DNA of 64,000 nt from Alphaproteobacteria bacterium (GTDB lineage: Bacteria > Pseudomonadota > Alphaproteobacteria > SHVV01). The notes below the pieces were generated by a model. The model ran no database searches, was not told where the DNA came from, and saw only the letters and a program-made list of their open reading frames with translations. Positions 29,684 through 39,389 of the stretch are shown here, piece by piece (position 1 is the first letter of the stretch; each line of letters starts with the position of its first letter). The stretch is taken from contig OZ253470.1 of assembly GCA_965261735.1 (NCBI GenBank), forward strand, positions 2,400,001 to 2,464,000. The letters run 5' to 3'. The position numbers and the translations under genes were made by a program.

Positions 29684-31861
29684 CTAGGCCGCCTGCGCCG
29701 CTCTGCCTGGCAACAGCGAGGCGAGTGCATTGCGGATGATGAGGCGGCCGACATCCCCGTCGAGCGACAGGATCGACTCGGGATGGAACTGCACCGCGGC
29801 GATCGGTAGCTCGCGATGGTGTACGGCCATCACCAGGCCGTCCTCGTTCTCGGCCGCGACGACGAGGTCCTCGGGCAGCCGATCGCGCACTGCAAAGAGC
29901 GAGTGGTAGGCGCCCACGCGACAGGGGTTCGGCACGTCGGCGAACAGGGCGACCCCGTCGTGGTAGAGCATCCAGTACTTGCCGTGCCGGGGGATCGGCA
30001 GGGTTCCGATCTCGCCACCGAAGGCCTCTACGATGCCCTGCAGCCCAAGGCACACGCCGAACTGCGGGATCGCGCGGCCGGCGACTTCCGTCACCAGGGC
30101 GGGCACGCCGTGATCGCGCGGCCGACCGGGGCCGGGCGAATGCACGATAAGGTCGGGCCGCTCCTCGATCGCGGCCAGCACCGCCGCTCCGCGGCGAAAG
30201 GTGCTGACCTCGGCGCCAGTTTGCCGCAGATAGTCGGCCAGGGTGTGAACGAAGGAGTCCTCGTTGTCGACCATGACGATACGGACGCCGGCGTAGGGCG
30301 CCTCGGGCGCGACCGGCGGTGCCGAGGCGGTCGGCGCCGTCAGCGTGGCGAACGCGCGAAAGAAGGCGGTGGCCTTGAGCTCGGTTTCCTTCTCCTCCTC
30401 GGCCGGAACCGAGTCGTAAACAAGCGTCGCGCCCGTGCGGTAGTGGGCGCGTCCGCCCTCGAGATGAGCGGTTCGGATCGTGATGCCGGTCTTGACCGAG
30501 CCGTCGAACATGACCGCTCCGACGGCGCCGCCGTACCAGCGCCGGGGCGAGACCTCGACTTCCTCGATGATGGCGACCGCCTTGCGCTTGGGCGCGCCGG
30601 TGAGCGTCACCGCCCACATGTGCGAGAGAAATGCGTCGAGGCCGTCGAAGCCCTCGCGCAAACGCCCCTCGACGTGATCGACGGTGTGGAAGAGCCCGGC
30701 ATAGCGCTCGATCGAGCGCCGCGCGAGCAGCTTGACGCTGCCCGGCTCGCAGATGCGCGCCTTGTCGTTGCGATCGACGTCGGTGCACATGGTGAGTTCG
30801 ACCTCGTCCTTTTCCGAGTTGAACAGGGCCTTGACGCGCTCGGCGTTCTCCATCGGGTTCGCGCCGCGCCGGATCGTCCCCGATATCGGGGCCGACTCCA
30901 CCCGCCGGCCGTCGACGCGGACGAACATCTCCGGCGAGGCGCCGACGAGCTGTTCCTCGCCGAACTGCAGGAAGAACTCGTACGGCGAGGGGTTGATGCG
31001 CGACATCAGGCGGTAGAGCGCCGAGGGCGGGCCACCATAGTCGACGGTGTAGTCGCGCGACAGCACGACCTCGAAGATATCGCCCGCGTGCATGCGCTCG
31101 CGGGCCGCACCGACCTTGGCCATGTAGGCTTCTGGCGTGTGGTCCGAGGCGATCGCGGAACCGACCGAGATACGCCCGGAATCGGCACGCGGCAGGGGCG
31201 CGAAGGCCTCCTCCGAGCAGCCGACGGTGCTCATGCCGCGCTTTTCGAACTCGTACTCGTAGCTGCGCGCGACCTCGAGCCGGCGGTCGACCACGAGAAT
31301 GCGGTCGGGCAGGTAGAGGTGCAGCACCTTGTCGGCGGCGCCGCGCGGCATGCGCAGGGGCAGCGGGTCGAACTGAAAGATGAGATCGTAACCGAAGGCA
31401 CCGTAGAGCCCGAGGAAGCCGTCCTCGAAGCCCACGAGCTCGCGCAACAGGGACCGGATCGGCGTGAATACCGAGGGCCGGCGGCTCCGCTCTTCCTCCG
31501 CGAACACGCCCTCGGACTCGGCCACCGCGAGCACGAGCTCGCGCGCCTCGCTCGTCTCCAAGACCACCGCCGGATCCTCGAGCAGGATCGGTTTCGCCAT
31601 CGCCAGGATCGACGTCCCGCGCTCGTTGAGCGCACGCACCCACAGCCGGCGCCCGCGGGCCACGAGCTCGAGCGGTGGATCGACAAAGCCGAAGTCCCAA
31701 CGCGTGTAGAGGGCCTGGTCCTCGACACCCGAAGACAGATAGGCCCCGCGCTTGCGGTCGAGGGCCTCGGCCACGAACTCGATGCCGCGCTTGAAGTCGA
31801 TATCGCGATCGGTGCGGCTGATGAGAAGACCGGAGGGCGAGGCGAAGGTATAGCCGGTCAT
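29684..31861 (-). CDS. trpE: Fused anthranilate synthase TrpE(G)
   Basis: NPSPY, GASPEMFVRV, PISGT, ELTMCTDVDRND, TGAPK; GAT domain DNEDSF, GVCLG, QFHPES. Confidence 0.92.
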   Translation of the reverse strand: MTGYTFASPSGLLISRTDRDIDFKRGIEFVAEALDRKRGAYLSSGVEDQALYTRWDFGFVDPPLELVARGRRLWVRALNERGTSILAMAKPILLEDPAVVLETSEARELVLAVAESEGVFAEEERSRRPSVFTPIRSLLRELVGFEDGFLGLYGAFGYDLIFQFDPLPLRMPRGAADKVLHLYLPDRILVVDRRLEVARSYEYEFEKRGMSTVGCSEEAFAPLPRADSGRISVGSAIASDHTPEAYMAKVGAARERMHAGDIFEVVLSRDYTVDYGGPPSALYRLMSRINPSPYEFFLQFGEEQLVGASPEMFVRVDGRRVESAPISGTIRRGANPMENAERVKALFNSEKDEVELTMCTDVDRNDKARICEPGSVKLLARRSIERYAGLFHTVDHVEGRLREGFDGLDAFLSHMWAVTLTGAPKRKAVAIIEEVEVSPRRWYGGAVGAVMFDGSVKTGITIRTAHLEGGRAHYRTGATLVYDSVPAEEEKETELKATAFFRAFATLTAPTASAPPVAPEAPYAGVRIVMVDNEDSFVHTLADYLRQTGAEVSTFRRGAAVLAAIEERPDLIVHSPGPGRPRDHGVPALVTEVAGRAIPQFGVCLGLQGIVEAFGGEIGTLPIPRHGKYWMLYHDGVALFADVPNPCRVGAYHSLFAVRDRLPEDLVVAAENEDGLVMAVHHRELPIAAVQFHPESILSLDGDVGRLIIRNALASLLPGRAAQAA

Positions 31862-31968
31862 GAAAAACTCCTGTGTCGCTTGCCCGGCGCGGCCGGGCCG
31901 CGCCCGAGGCGAACTCAATGTGTGAAAGCTGGAAGGTGCGGCGGGTGCCGCTCAGGCGCGCGGGCGCC

Positions 31969-32028
31969 TCACCATCGGAAGGCGACGAATGGAGGTATGA
32001 GTCCCCGTGCCGCTTGCGCGCGCGTCAT
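31969..32028 (-). promoter_or_regulatory. Possible trp leader peptide (MTRAQAARGLIPPFVAFRW*)
   Basis: Short ORF ending in a Trp codon about 110 nt upstream of trpE(G), followed by a GC hairpin at about 31886-31904. Only one Trp codon. Confidence 0.3.
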
Positions 32029-32113
32029 AATGGCGCGGACGCTACCAGCATCGCGCCCCAGCGTCCAGCGGGGGCCCGTGAAGGCGCCAACTCGTGAGCC
32101 TCGCCATGCGAAG

Positions 32114-32145
32114 CGCCTGGCCTCACTCCCGCCTGGCCTCACTCC
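32114..32145. repeat. Perfect 16-bp tandem duplication
   Basis: CGCCTGGCCTCACTCC x2. Confidence 0.9.
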
Positions 32146-33518
32146 TAAGGGCTTGAGGTCGCCCAGCATCGTTGGGATCAGCTCGGTCACCGTGGGGTGG
32201 ATGTGCATCGCGCGCTGGATCACGGTATAGGGCGCGTCGGCGTACATGACGTCGAGCACGGAGTGGATGATCTCGTCGCCGCCTATACCGAGGATGGAGG
32301 CGCCAAGGATCCTATCGGTCTCCGCGTCGACCAGCATTTTCATGAAGCCTTGGGTTTCGCTGCGCTCGCGGGCGCGCCCCACGCGCGCCATCGCCATCTT
32401 GCCGACCAGCGCCTTGCGTCCCGAATCGCGGACCTCGCGCTCGGTCAGGCCGACCCGGCCCAGGGGCGGATCGATATAGAGCGCGTAGGCCGTGATGCGA
32501 TCGGTGACGCGGCGCGGATCGTCGTCGAACAGGTTGGCGGCGAGGATCTCGTAGTCGTTGTAGGAGGTGTGCGTGAAGGCGCCGCGGCCGTTGACGTCGC
32601 CCATGGCCCAGATGCCGGGAACGTTGGTGCGGAGCTCGTCGTCGACCACGACGTAGCCGCGCTTGTTCGTCTCGACGCCGGCCTCGTCGAGCCCGAGATC
32701 GCCGCTGTTGGGGCGGCGCCCCACCGCGAGCAACAGATGCGAGCCCTCGACCTCGTCCGGGCCGTCGTCGCAGCTGAGCTTGACGGCGACGCGCTCGCCC
32801 CGCTTTCGACGGTCAGGCACTCGGCGTTGAGGCGCACGTCCACGCCCTCGTTCTCGACGATCTCCTTGACCGCGGCGGAGACGTCCTCGTCGTCCCTCGA
32901 GATCAGCGCACTACCCTTCTCGACCACCGTGACGCGGCTGCCAAAGCGGCGGTACATCTGCGCGAACTCGAGCCCGATGTAGCTACCGCCGATGACGATC
33001 AGGTGCTCGGGCAGGAAATCCACCTCCATGACACTCGAGTTGGTCAGGTAGTCGACCCCCTCGATCCCCGGCATGTCGGGGACCAAGGCGCGGGCGCCGA
33101 CGTTGAGGACGATCTTGTCGGCCTCGAGCACGTCGCCGTTGACGCGCACGGTATTGGCGCTCTCGAATCTGCCGTGGCCCTCGTAGACCGTGAGATTCTT
33201 CATGTTCCTGAGCCAGTTGGTGACGCCCTCGTTCGACTGGCGCACGACCCCGTCCTTGCGCGCCTTGACCTGCGCCATGTCGACCCGGATGGCGCCGTCG
33301 ATCATGACTCCGAAATCGGCGCCACGCCGCGCCATGTAGGCGGCGCGGGCGCTGGCCACCAGCGTCTTGGTCGGGATGCAGCCGACGTTCACGCAGGTGC
33401 CGCCAAACAACTTGCGCTCGATGATGGCGGCCTTCATGCCCTCGCGCGTCATGCGTGCCGCCAGGGCGGGCCCGGACTGGCCGGTGCCGATGATGATCGC
33501 GTCAAACTTTTCCGCCAA
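32139..33518 (-). pseudogene. FAD pyridine nucleotide-disulfide oxidoreductase (MerA/RclA-like, no C-terminal Cys pair), frameshifted
   Basis: GGTCVNVGCIP, GGSYIG, GRRPN, HIHPT; -1 shift in the A run near 32804-32806. The 3' end is uncertain. Confidence 0.8.
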
Positions 33519-33699
33519 GAGTGCCGCCCCCGATTGGCCGAACGCGTGCGGTCCGACTCATGCGTTTTCTGCAGTCTAGCGCAATCGGGAGCGCGCCCAA
33601 ACGCAAGCTTTCGGCCCTTTGATCCAGGTTAAAGCGCGCGGCAGCCGGGAAAATCAACAATCGCACCCAGAATCGCGATCGCAGCCAGGGGCCGTCCAC

Positions 33700-34137
33700 G
33701 TGCAGCCGAGCTACGTTCATGGGACATCCGAAGAGCCGCTGATCGGCGAGACCGTGGACGGTGTGCTGGCGCGGGCGGCCGTCCGTTGGCCCCAAAACGA
33801 TGACCTGATCGTCTGCCATCAGGGCGTTCGCTGGAGCTACGCCGAGCTCGACGCGCGCGTCGACCGGCTTGCCGCCGGGCTTGCGGGCCTCGGCCTGCAG
33901 CCCGGAGAGCGGATCGGCATTCTCTCGCCCAACAACGCCGAGTGGGTGCTGACGCAGTTCGCGAGCGCAAGGGCGGGGCGGCGCGTCGCCGAGTCCGGCC
34001 TGATGTCGCTGGAGGCGCCCATTCAACGCGTCGCGGGCTATGATACGGCCATGCCTCTGCCGCGCCTCGAGCGGCACTACATGCCGACGAGCGAGCGCAT
34101 CGCCGCCGCCGCTCGGCGCGCGCTCGATTACGCATAA
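33700..34137 (+). pseudogene. Chimeric deletion remnant: acyl-CoA synthetase N-terminus fused to 2-oxoacid dehydrogenase E1-beta C-terminus
   Basis: SYVHGTSEEPLIGET...GERIGILSPNNAEWVLTQFASARAG is joined near 33978 to LEAPIQRVAGYDTAMPLPRLE..YMP...RI. Confidence 0.8.
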
Positions 34138-34157
34138 AGCGTTTCGAGGGAGGCGAC

Positions 34158-35267
34158 ATGAGCGAGGCGGCGTTTCGGTTCTGCGACGACCTCGGCCCCG
34201 TGAAGGTCGTCCACGTTCATGATCCGCGCATCGGACTCAAGGCGATCGTCGTCATTGACAACGTCGCCTGCGGGCCCTCGATCGGCGGCGTGCGCATGGC
34301 ACCCGACGCGAGCACCGAGGAGTGCTTCCGCCTGGCGTGCGCCATGACCCTCAAGAACGCCGCGGCGGCGCTCCCGCACGGCGGCGGCAAATCGGTCATC
34401 CTCGGCGACCCGGCCATGCCCGAGGCCGAGAAAGAGCAGCTGATCCGCTGTTTCGGCCACGCCATTCGCGGTCTTGAGGACTACATCCCCGGACCCGACA
34501 TGGGCACCAACGAGCGCTGCATGGCATGGATGGCCGATGAGATCGGCCGCGCCGTCGGGCTGCCGGCTGAGATTGGTGGCATCCCGCTCGACGAGATCGG
34601 CGCGACTGGGCTCGGCGTCGCCATCTGCGCCGAGGTCGCCCACGAACTCGCCGGCCTATCGCTTGCGGGATCGCGCGTCGCCATCCAGGGCTTCGGTGCC
34701 GTCGGCCGACACCCCGCCAGGTTTCTGGCCGCGCGCGGGGCGGTCGTGGTCGCGCTCTCCGATTCCGGCGGCGCGGTCCACAACCGCGACGGCATCAACC
34801 TCGACCTAGCGCTCGGGCTCAAGGGCGCGGGCCAGAGCGTCGCCGACGCGACTCTCGGCGAGGTCCTGTCCGGCGACGATCTGATCGGCGTCGACTGCGA
34901 TGTGTGGATTCCCGCGGCTCGGCCGGACGCGATCCGTGCCGAAAATGTCGATCGCCTGAAGGCCAAGCTGGTCGTGTCGGGCGCAAACATTCCGGTCACT
35001 GCCGATGCGGAGGAGACGTTACATCAGCGCGGCGTTGTCGTCGTTCCCGACTTCATCGCCAACGCCGGCGGCGTCATCTGCGCGGCCGTCGAATACCGCG
35101 GCGGCACCGAGCGGGCGGCGCTCCAGATGATCGAGGAGAAAGTCCGCAGCAATAGCCGACAGGTGTTGGAGACCGCGCGCCGGGAGGCGCTCGCCCCGCG
35201 CGCCGCAGCGGTGGCTCTGGCCGAACGGCGGGTGCGCGCGGCGATGGAGGTGCGCCGCTGGCTGTGA
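34158..35267 (+). CDS. Glu/Leu/Phe/Val dehydrogenase
   Basis: GPSIGGVR, MTLK, GGGK, GPDMGT, QGFGAVG, PDFIANAGGV. Confidence 0.9.
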   Translation: MSEAAFRFCDDLGPVKVVHVHDPRIGLKAIVVIDNVACGPSIGGVRMAPDASTEECFRLACAMTLKNAAAALPHGGGKSVILGDPAMPEAEKEQLIRCFGHAIRGLEDYIPGPDMGTNERCMAWMADEIGRAVGLPAEIGGIPLDEIGATGLGVAICAEVAHELAGLSLAGSRVAIQGFGAVGRHPARFLAARGAVVVALSDSGGAVHNRDGINLDLALGLKGAGQSVADATLGEVLSGDDLIGVDCDVWIPAARPDAIRAENVDRLKAKLVVSGANIPVTADAEETLHQRGVVVVPDFIANAGGVICAAVEYRGGTERAALQMIEEKVRSNSRQVLETARREALAPRAAAVALAERRVRAAMEVRRWL

Positions 35268-35274
35268 GACGCGC

Positions 35275-37980
35275 CTAGGGCCGGCGCCGGCTCATGCGCT
35301 TGTAGATCTCCATGATGACGACGACGCCGGCGGCCAACGGGAGCACCGCACCCCAGGTCCCGGCCGACACGGGCCCGGCATTGATGAGGACGCCGAGGGG
35401 CGTGTACATGGCGGCGAGCTGGAGCCCCAGCGCCCCGGCGACCGCCACGATCAGGAACCGGTTGTCGCGGAGCGACAACGTGAATGTCGAGCGTGATTCC
35501 GAGCGGCAGTTGAAGGTATGCCCGTTCTCGAAGAGGACGAGGAACAGCAGGACCACGTTGCTCGCCTGCTCGACGGCCCACCCGGCCTGAAGCGCCCACA
35601 GGAACAGCAGGTAAGACGCGCCGCCGCCATAGAGTCCCGAAATCAACGTTTGCTCGATCATCCAGCGATCGAAGATGCCCTGCCGCGGTGGTCGCGGCCG
35701 GCGCTCGAGAACACCGGGCTCCCCCTTCTCGAAGGCGAGGGCCACGTGTTGCACGCCCTCGGTCACCAGGTTAAGCCACAGGAGCTGGAGCGCATTCAGC
35801 GGCAGCGGCACGGCCGCCGCGATAGCGAGGATGAACAGCACGATTTCGGCCGCGTTGGTGCTGATCAGCAGATAGATGACCTTGCGCACGTTGTCGTAGG
35901 CGATGCGCCCCTGCTCGACGCCATCGACGATCGAGGCGAAGTTGTCGTCGGTGATGATGAGGTCGGCGGCGTCGCGCGCGACATCGGTTCCACCGAGCCC
36001 CATGGCGACGCCGATGTCGGCGGCGCTGAGCGCGGGCGCGTCGGCGGCGCCGTCACCCGTGACGGCGACGACATGGCCGAGCCGCTTGACCGCCTCGACG
36101 ATGACGAGCTTTTGTAGCGGCTCGACGCGGGCGAACACCCGCGCGCCGGCAACGAGCGACACCAGGGCCTCGGGATCGGCACCGGCCACCTCCAGATCGG
36201 TACCCGTTACGACCTCGTCGGCGCGCTCGGCCATGCCCAGCTGGCGCGCGATCGCCAGCGCCGTGGCCGGGTGGTCCCCGGTGACCATGGCGACCGTGAT
36301 CCCGGCGTCGCGACATCGCCGGACGGCGTCCGACGCTTCCGGCCGCAGGGGATCGATGAGGCCGAGGAAGCCGAGGTCCGCAAGCGCGCTCCTCTCGGCG
36401 ACGGAGGCGACGGAGGCGCCGGCGGTGCCGGGGATCGCCGTTTCGCCATTGGCGAGCGCAAGGATCCGGAAGCCGTCGGCGGCGAGCTCGTCGGCTTGAC
36501 GCAGGACCGCGTCCCTGTCGATGCCGGCGCACATCGGCAACAAGGTCTCTGCCGCGCCCTTGACGTGGGCTACCACCTTGTCGCCCCGCATGTTGAACGA
36601 GGCCGCGAATCGGTTACCCGATTCGTAGGGGATGACCGCGACCTGCGGGTAGCGGCGCACCAGTTCCTCGGTGCGCAGGCCGAGCTTGCGCGCCGCGACC
36701 AGGAAGGCCACGTCGACGGTGTCGCCGAAGTGGCGCGCCGAGCCGTCCGGGAGCTCCTGCAGGCTGGCCTCGTTGCATAGGGCGCCCGTGGTCATCATGT
36801 CCTCGACCGCGGCCCGCTCGCCGCTCCCGAGCGGGCGATCTTCACGCGTGGCCTAGCCGCGCGGAAGGTAGCCCTCGCCCGACAGATCGACGGCCTCGCC
36901 GCCAGCGAGGACGAGGCGACGCAGGGTGAGCTCGTTACACGTGAGGGTGCCGGTCTTGTCGCTCGCGATATAGGTGCAGGCCCCGAGCCCCTCGACGGCG
37001 GGGAGCAGGTGCACGATGACATGGCGCTGCGCCATTCGGTGGACCGCAACGGAGAGCGCAACGGTCAGCGCCACCGGTAGGCCCTCGGGAATGGCGGCGA
37101 CCGCGAGCGCGGCGGCGACGAGGAAGACCTCGGCCACACCCAGGCCACGGGCGATCTCGATCGCCGCCAGAGCGACGATGAGCGCCATCATCACGGTGGC
37201 GACGTTGCGCGTGAAGAGGCGCATCCGCACCATCAGCGGCAGCGGCACCTCCTCGGCCTTGCTCAACGTCTGGGCGATGCGTCCGAGCTCGGTGGCGGCG
37301 CCGATGAGCGTAACCACGCCGATTCCCCGCCCGGCGCCGACCGTGGTCCCGGCATGCAGCATGTTGCGGCGGTCGGCGAGGCCGGTGCCGCGGTCGAGCT
37401 CGGTCTCGGCCGACTTCGTGACCGGCGTCGATTCGCCGGTCAGCAGGGACTCGTCGATCTCGAGGTCGAAGGACTCGAGCAGGCGCACGTCGCTCGAGAT
37501 GAGGACGCCGGATTCGACGAGCACGACGTCGCCGGGAACGAGATCGGTCGCGGCGATGCGCATCCGTTCACCGTCGCGCCGCACGACCGCCCAGTTTCTG
37601 ATCAGCGCCCGCAGGCTCTCGGCCTCGGCGGCCGCCTTCCACTCCTGATAGGTGCCGATCGCGGCATTGGTCTGCAGTACGACGAAAATGAAGATGGCAT
37701 CGACGATCTCGCCGATGAGCAAGGATACCGCGGCGGCACCGAACAGCAGGTAGATGAACGGGCTCCTGAACTGCGCGAAATAGGTTCCGAGCAGACTGGG
37801 CGGCTTGGGCTGCGGCAGGACGTTGGGGCCAAGGGCCTCGTGGCGCCGTGCGGCCTCGACCTCGGCCAGGCCGTGCGGGCCCGTGTCCAAGGCGGCAAGG
37901 GCATCGGCGGGCGAGAGCGCATGCCACGCCACCTCGGCGAGAGGCGTTGGCGTCGATTGGCGAAGCCGGTCAGGGCTCAT
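35275..37980 (-). pseudogene. Type II (Ca2+-like) P-type ATPase with in-frame premature TAG
   Basis: LTGES, PEGL, DKTGT, KGA.E, MVTGD; TAG at 36853-36855 is in frame with the downstream half. Confidence 0.85.
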
Positions 37981-38056
37981 CCGAGGATGCGAAAGACCAC
38001 AATCGGCGCCGTAGGTGACGCCCTGCCGACGCTATCCTTAGACGCCGCGGCTTTGG

Positions 38057-39181
38057 TCAGGCGGGCGACTCGCCGGCTTCGACGCGGCGCTGCCTCCCCG
38101 CCACCTTGCCGATCAGGTGCAGGGCACCGCCCTCGTCGGCCACGTCGCCGAGGATGTTTCCCGTCATCCATACGACGGCATCGCGGCCGATCGTGAGATC
38201 GCCCTGAATGTTGCCCGTCATCTTGAGCGAGACGCGGTCCGTCACCCGCACGCTGCCCTCGATATTGCCGACCACGCGCATTTCGCGGTCGAACGTCACG
38301 TCACCCGAGATGTTGCCGAAGCGGAGCCCGCGCGCGTGCCGCCCGCGGCGACGGTCGCCGCCGGACACGTTGATTTCCACGTTGCCGTGCCGCCCGCGCC
38401 CGCGGCGGTGTTCGCCGCCGTACACGCTGACCCAACGAAACGCGAGGTAGCAGCCGATCCCGAGCGCCGGCCAGACAAACCACCAGGAGCCGAACGAGGT
38501 GATCACGTTGATGAGGAAGAGGAAACCGACGATGATCGACATGCGTGCAGCGCTCCTGCGGAACTTGGCGTGGGCCTTGTCGTCACCGTCGGGCGAGCGC
38601 GCGGCCCGGTCCGTCCCTCGCTGCTCCGTTGTCGCGGCGCTGCCATCGAGCGCGACTCGATAGACCGGGACGTCGTCGGATATGTTCTTGACGTTTTGTG
38701 GGCCCAGGAACTCATAGCCGAGGGTCAGCTTATTCTTGACCTGGTCGTACACCGTCCCGCTGATACAGATCCCGCCCGGCTCGGCGAGGCCCTCGAGCCG
38801 CGCGGCGATGTTCACCCCCTCGCCGTAGATATCGTCGCCCTCGACAATGACATCACCGAGATTGATGCCGATGCGGAACTCCATACGCCGATCGTTCGAT
38901 AGGTTCCCGTTGCGCACCGCCAGTTCGCGTTGAACCTCGGCGGCGCACTGCACCGCCTCGACGACGCTGCCGAACTCGGCCAGCATACTGTCCCCGGACA
39001 TGTTGACGACGCGACCCTCATGCCGGGCGACGAAGCCAGTAATGGCTTCGCGGTATTCCTTCAGTGTCGACAGTGTCGCCACCTCGTCCGCGTCCATGAG
39101 GCGGCTGTAACCCTTGACGTCGGCACACAATATGGTGGTGAGTCTACGCTTGACGGCGTCCGGCACGGTGTCCCTCTTCAC
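38057..39181 (-). CDS. Class III nucleotide cyclase + 2TM domain + beta-helix (bactofilin-like) tail
   Basis: ADVKGYS, GDS, FRIGINLGDV, GEGVNIAARLE; FLFLIN...WWFVWPALG; repeated GNI.GD units. Confidence 0.8.
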   Translation of the reverse strand: MKRDTVPDAVKRRLTTILCADVKGYSRLMDADEVATLSTLKEYREAITGFVARHEGRVVNMSGDSMLAEFGSVVEAVQCAAEVQRELAVRNGNLSNDRRMEFRIGINLGDVIVEGDDIYGEGVNIAARLEGLAEPGGICISGTVYDQVKNKLTLGYEFLGPQNVKNISDDVPVYRVALDGSAATTEQRGTDRAARSPDGDDKAHAKFRRSAARMSIIVGFLFLINVITSFGSWWFVWPALGIGCYLAFRWVSVYGGEHRRGRGRHGNVEINVSGGDRRRGRHARGLRFGNISGDVTFDREMRVVGNIEGSVRVTDRVSLKMTGNIQGDLTIGRDAVVWMTGNILGDVADEGGALHLIGKVAGRQRRVEAGESPA

Positions 39182-39244
39182 TCGCCTGAAGCCACGGAAC
39201 AGCTACCCTACCAAACATCGCACTCGTGTGCGCACGCTGACCTT

Positions 39245-39292
39245 CACATGGGAGCGCAGCGCCAGTATCACATGGGAGCGCAGCGCCAGTAT
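39245..39292. repeat. Perfect 24-bp tandem duplication
   Basis: CACATGGGAGCGCAGCGCCAGTAT x2 in a divergent promoter region. Confidence 0.92.
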
Positions 39293-39389
39293 TCCAAGGG
39301 CACCACGAACCTCGCGGCTGCAGGACGAAGGTGGCGGGCGGCCGTGGCCGTAGTCGGCGCTCGGTCATCCTGATCCAGGGAGGAATAGC

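Noticed and set aside
29816-32230. Long antisense or alternative-frame ORFs (e.g. 29816-32230, 50624-52558, 3133-4602)
   Set aside because: These are shadow ORFs expected in high-GC DNA opposite well-supported genes, with no recognisable motifs.
32139-33518. Mercury resistance gene merA
   Set aside because: No C-terminal Cys-Cys, no NmerA domain and no mer operon.
36853-36855. Amber recoding (pyrrolysine or alternative code), suggested by in-frame TAGs here and at 6519
   Set aside because: TAG ends many intact genes in the window, no pyl genes are present, and the ATPase shows other decay.
39245-39292. CRISPR array
   Set aside because: Two adjacent copies with no spacer and no cas genes; the repeats at 20396 and 32114 likewise lack spacers.
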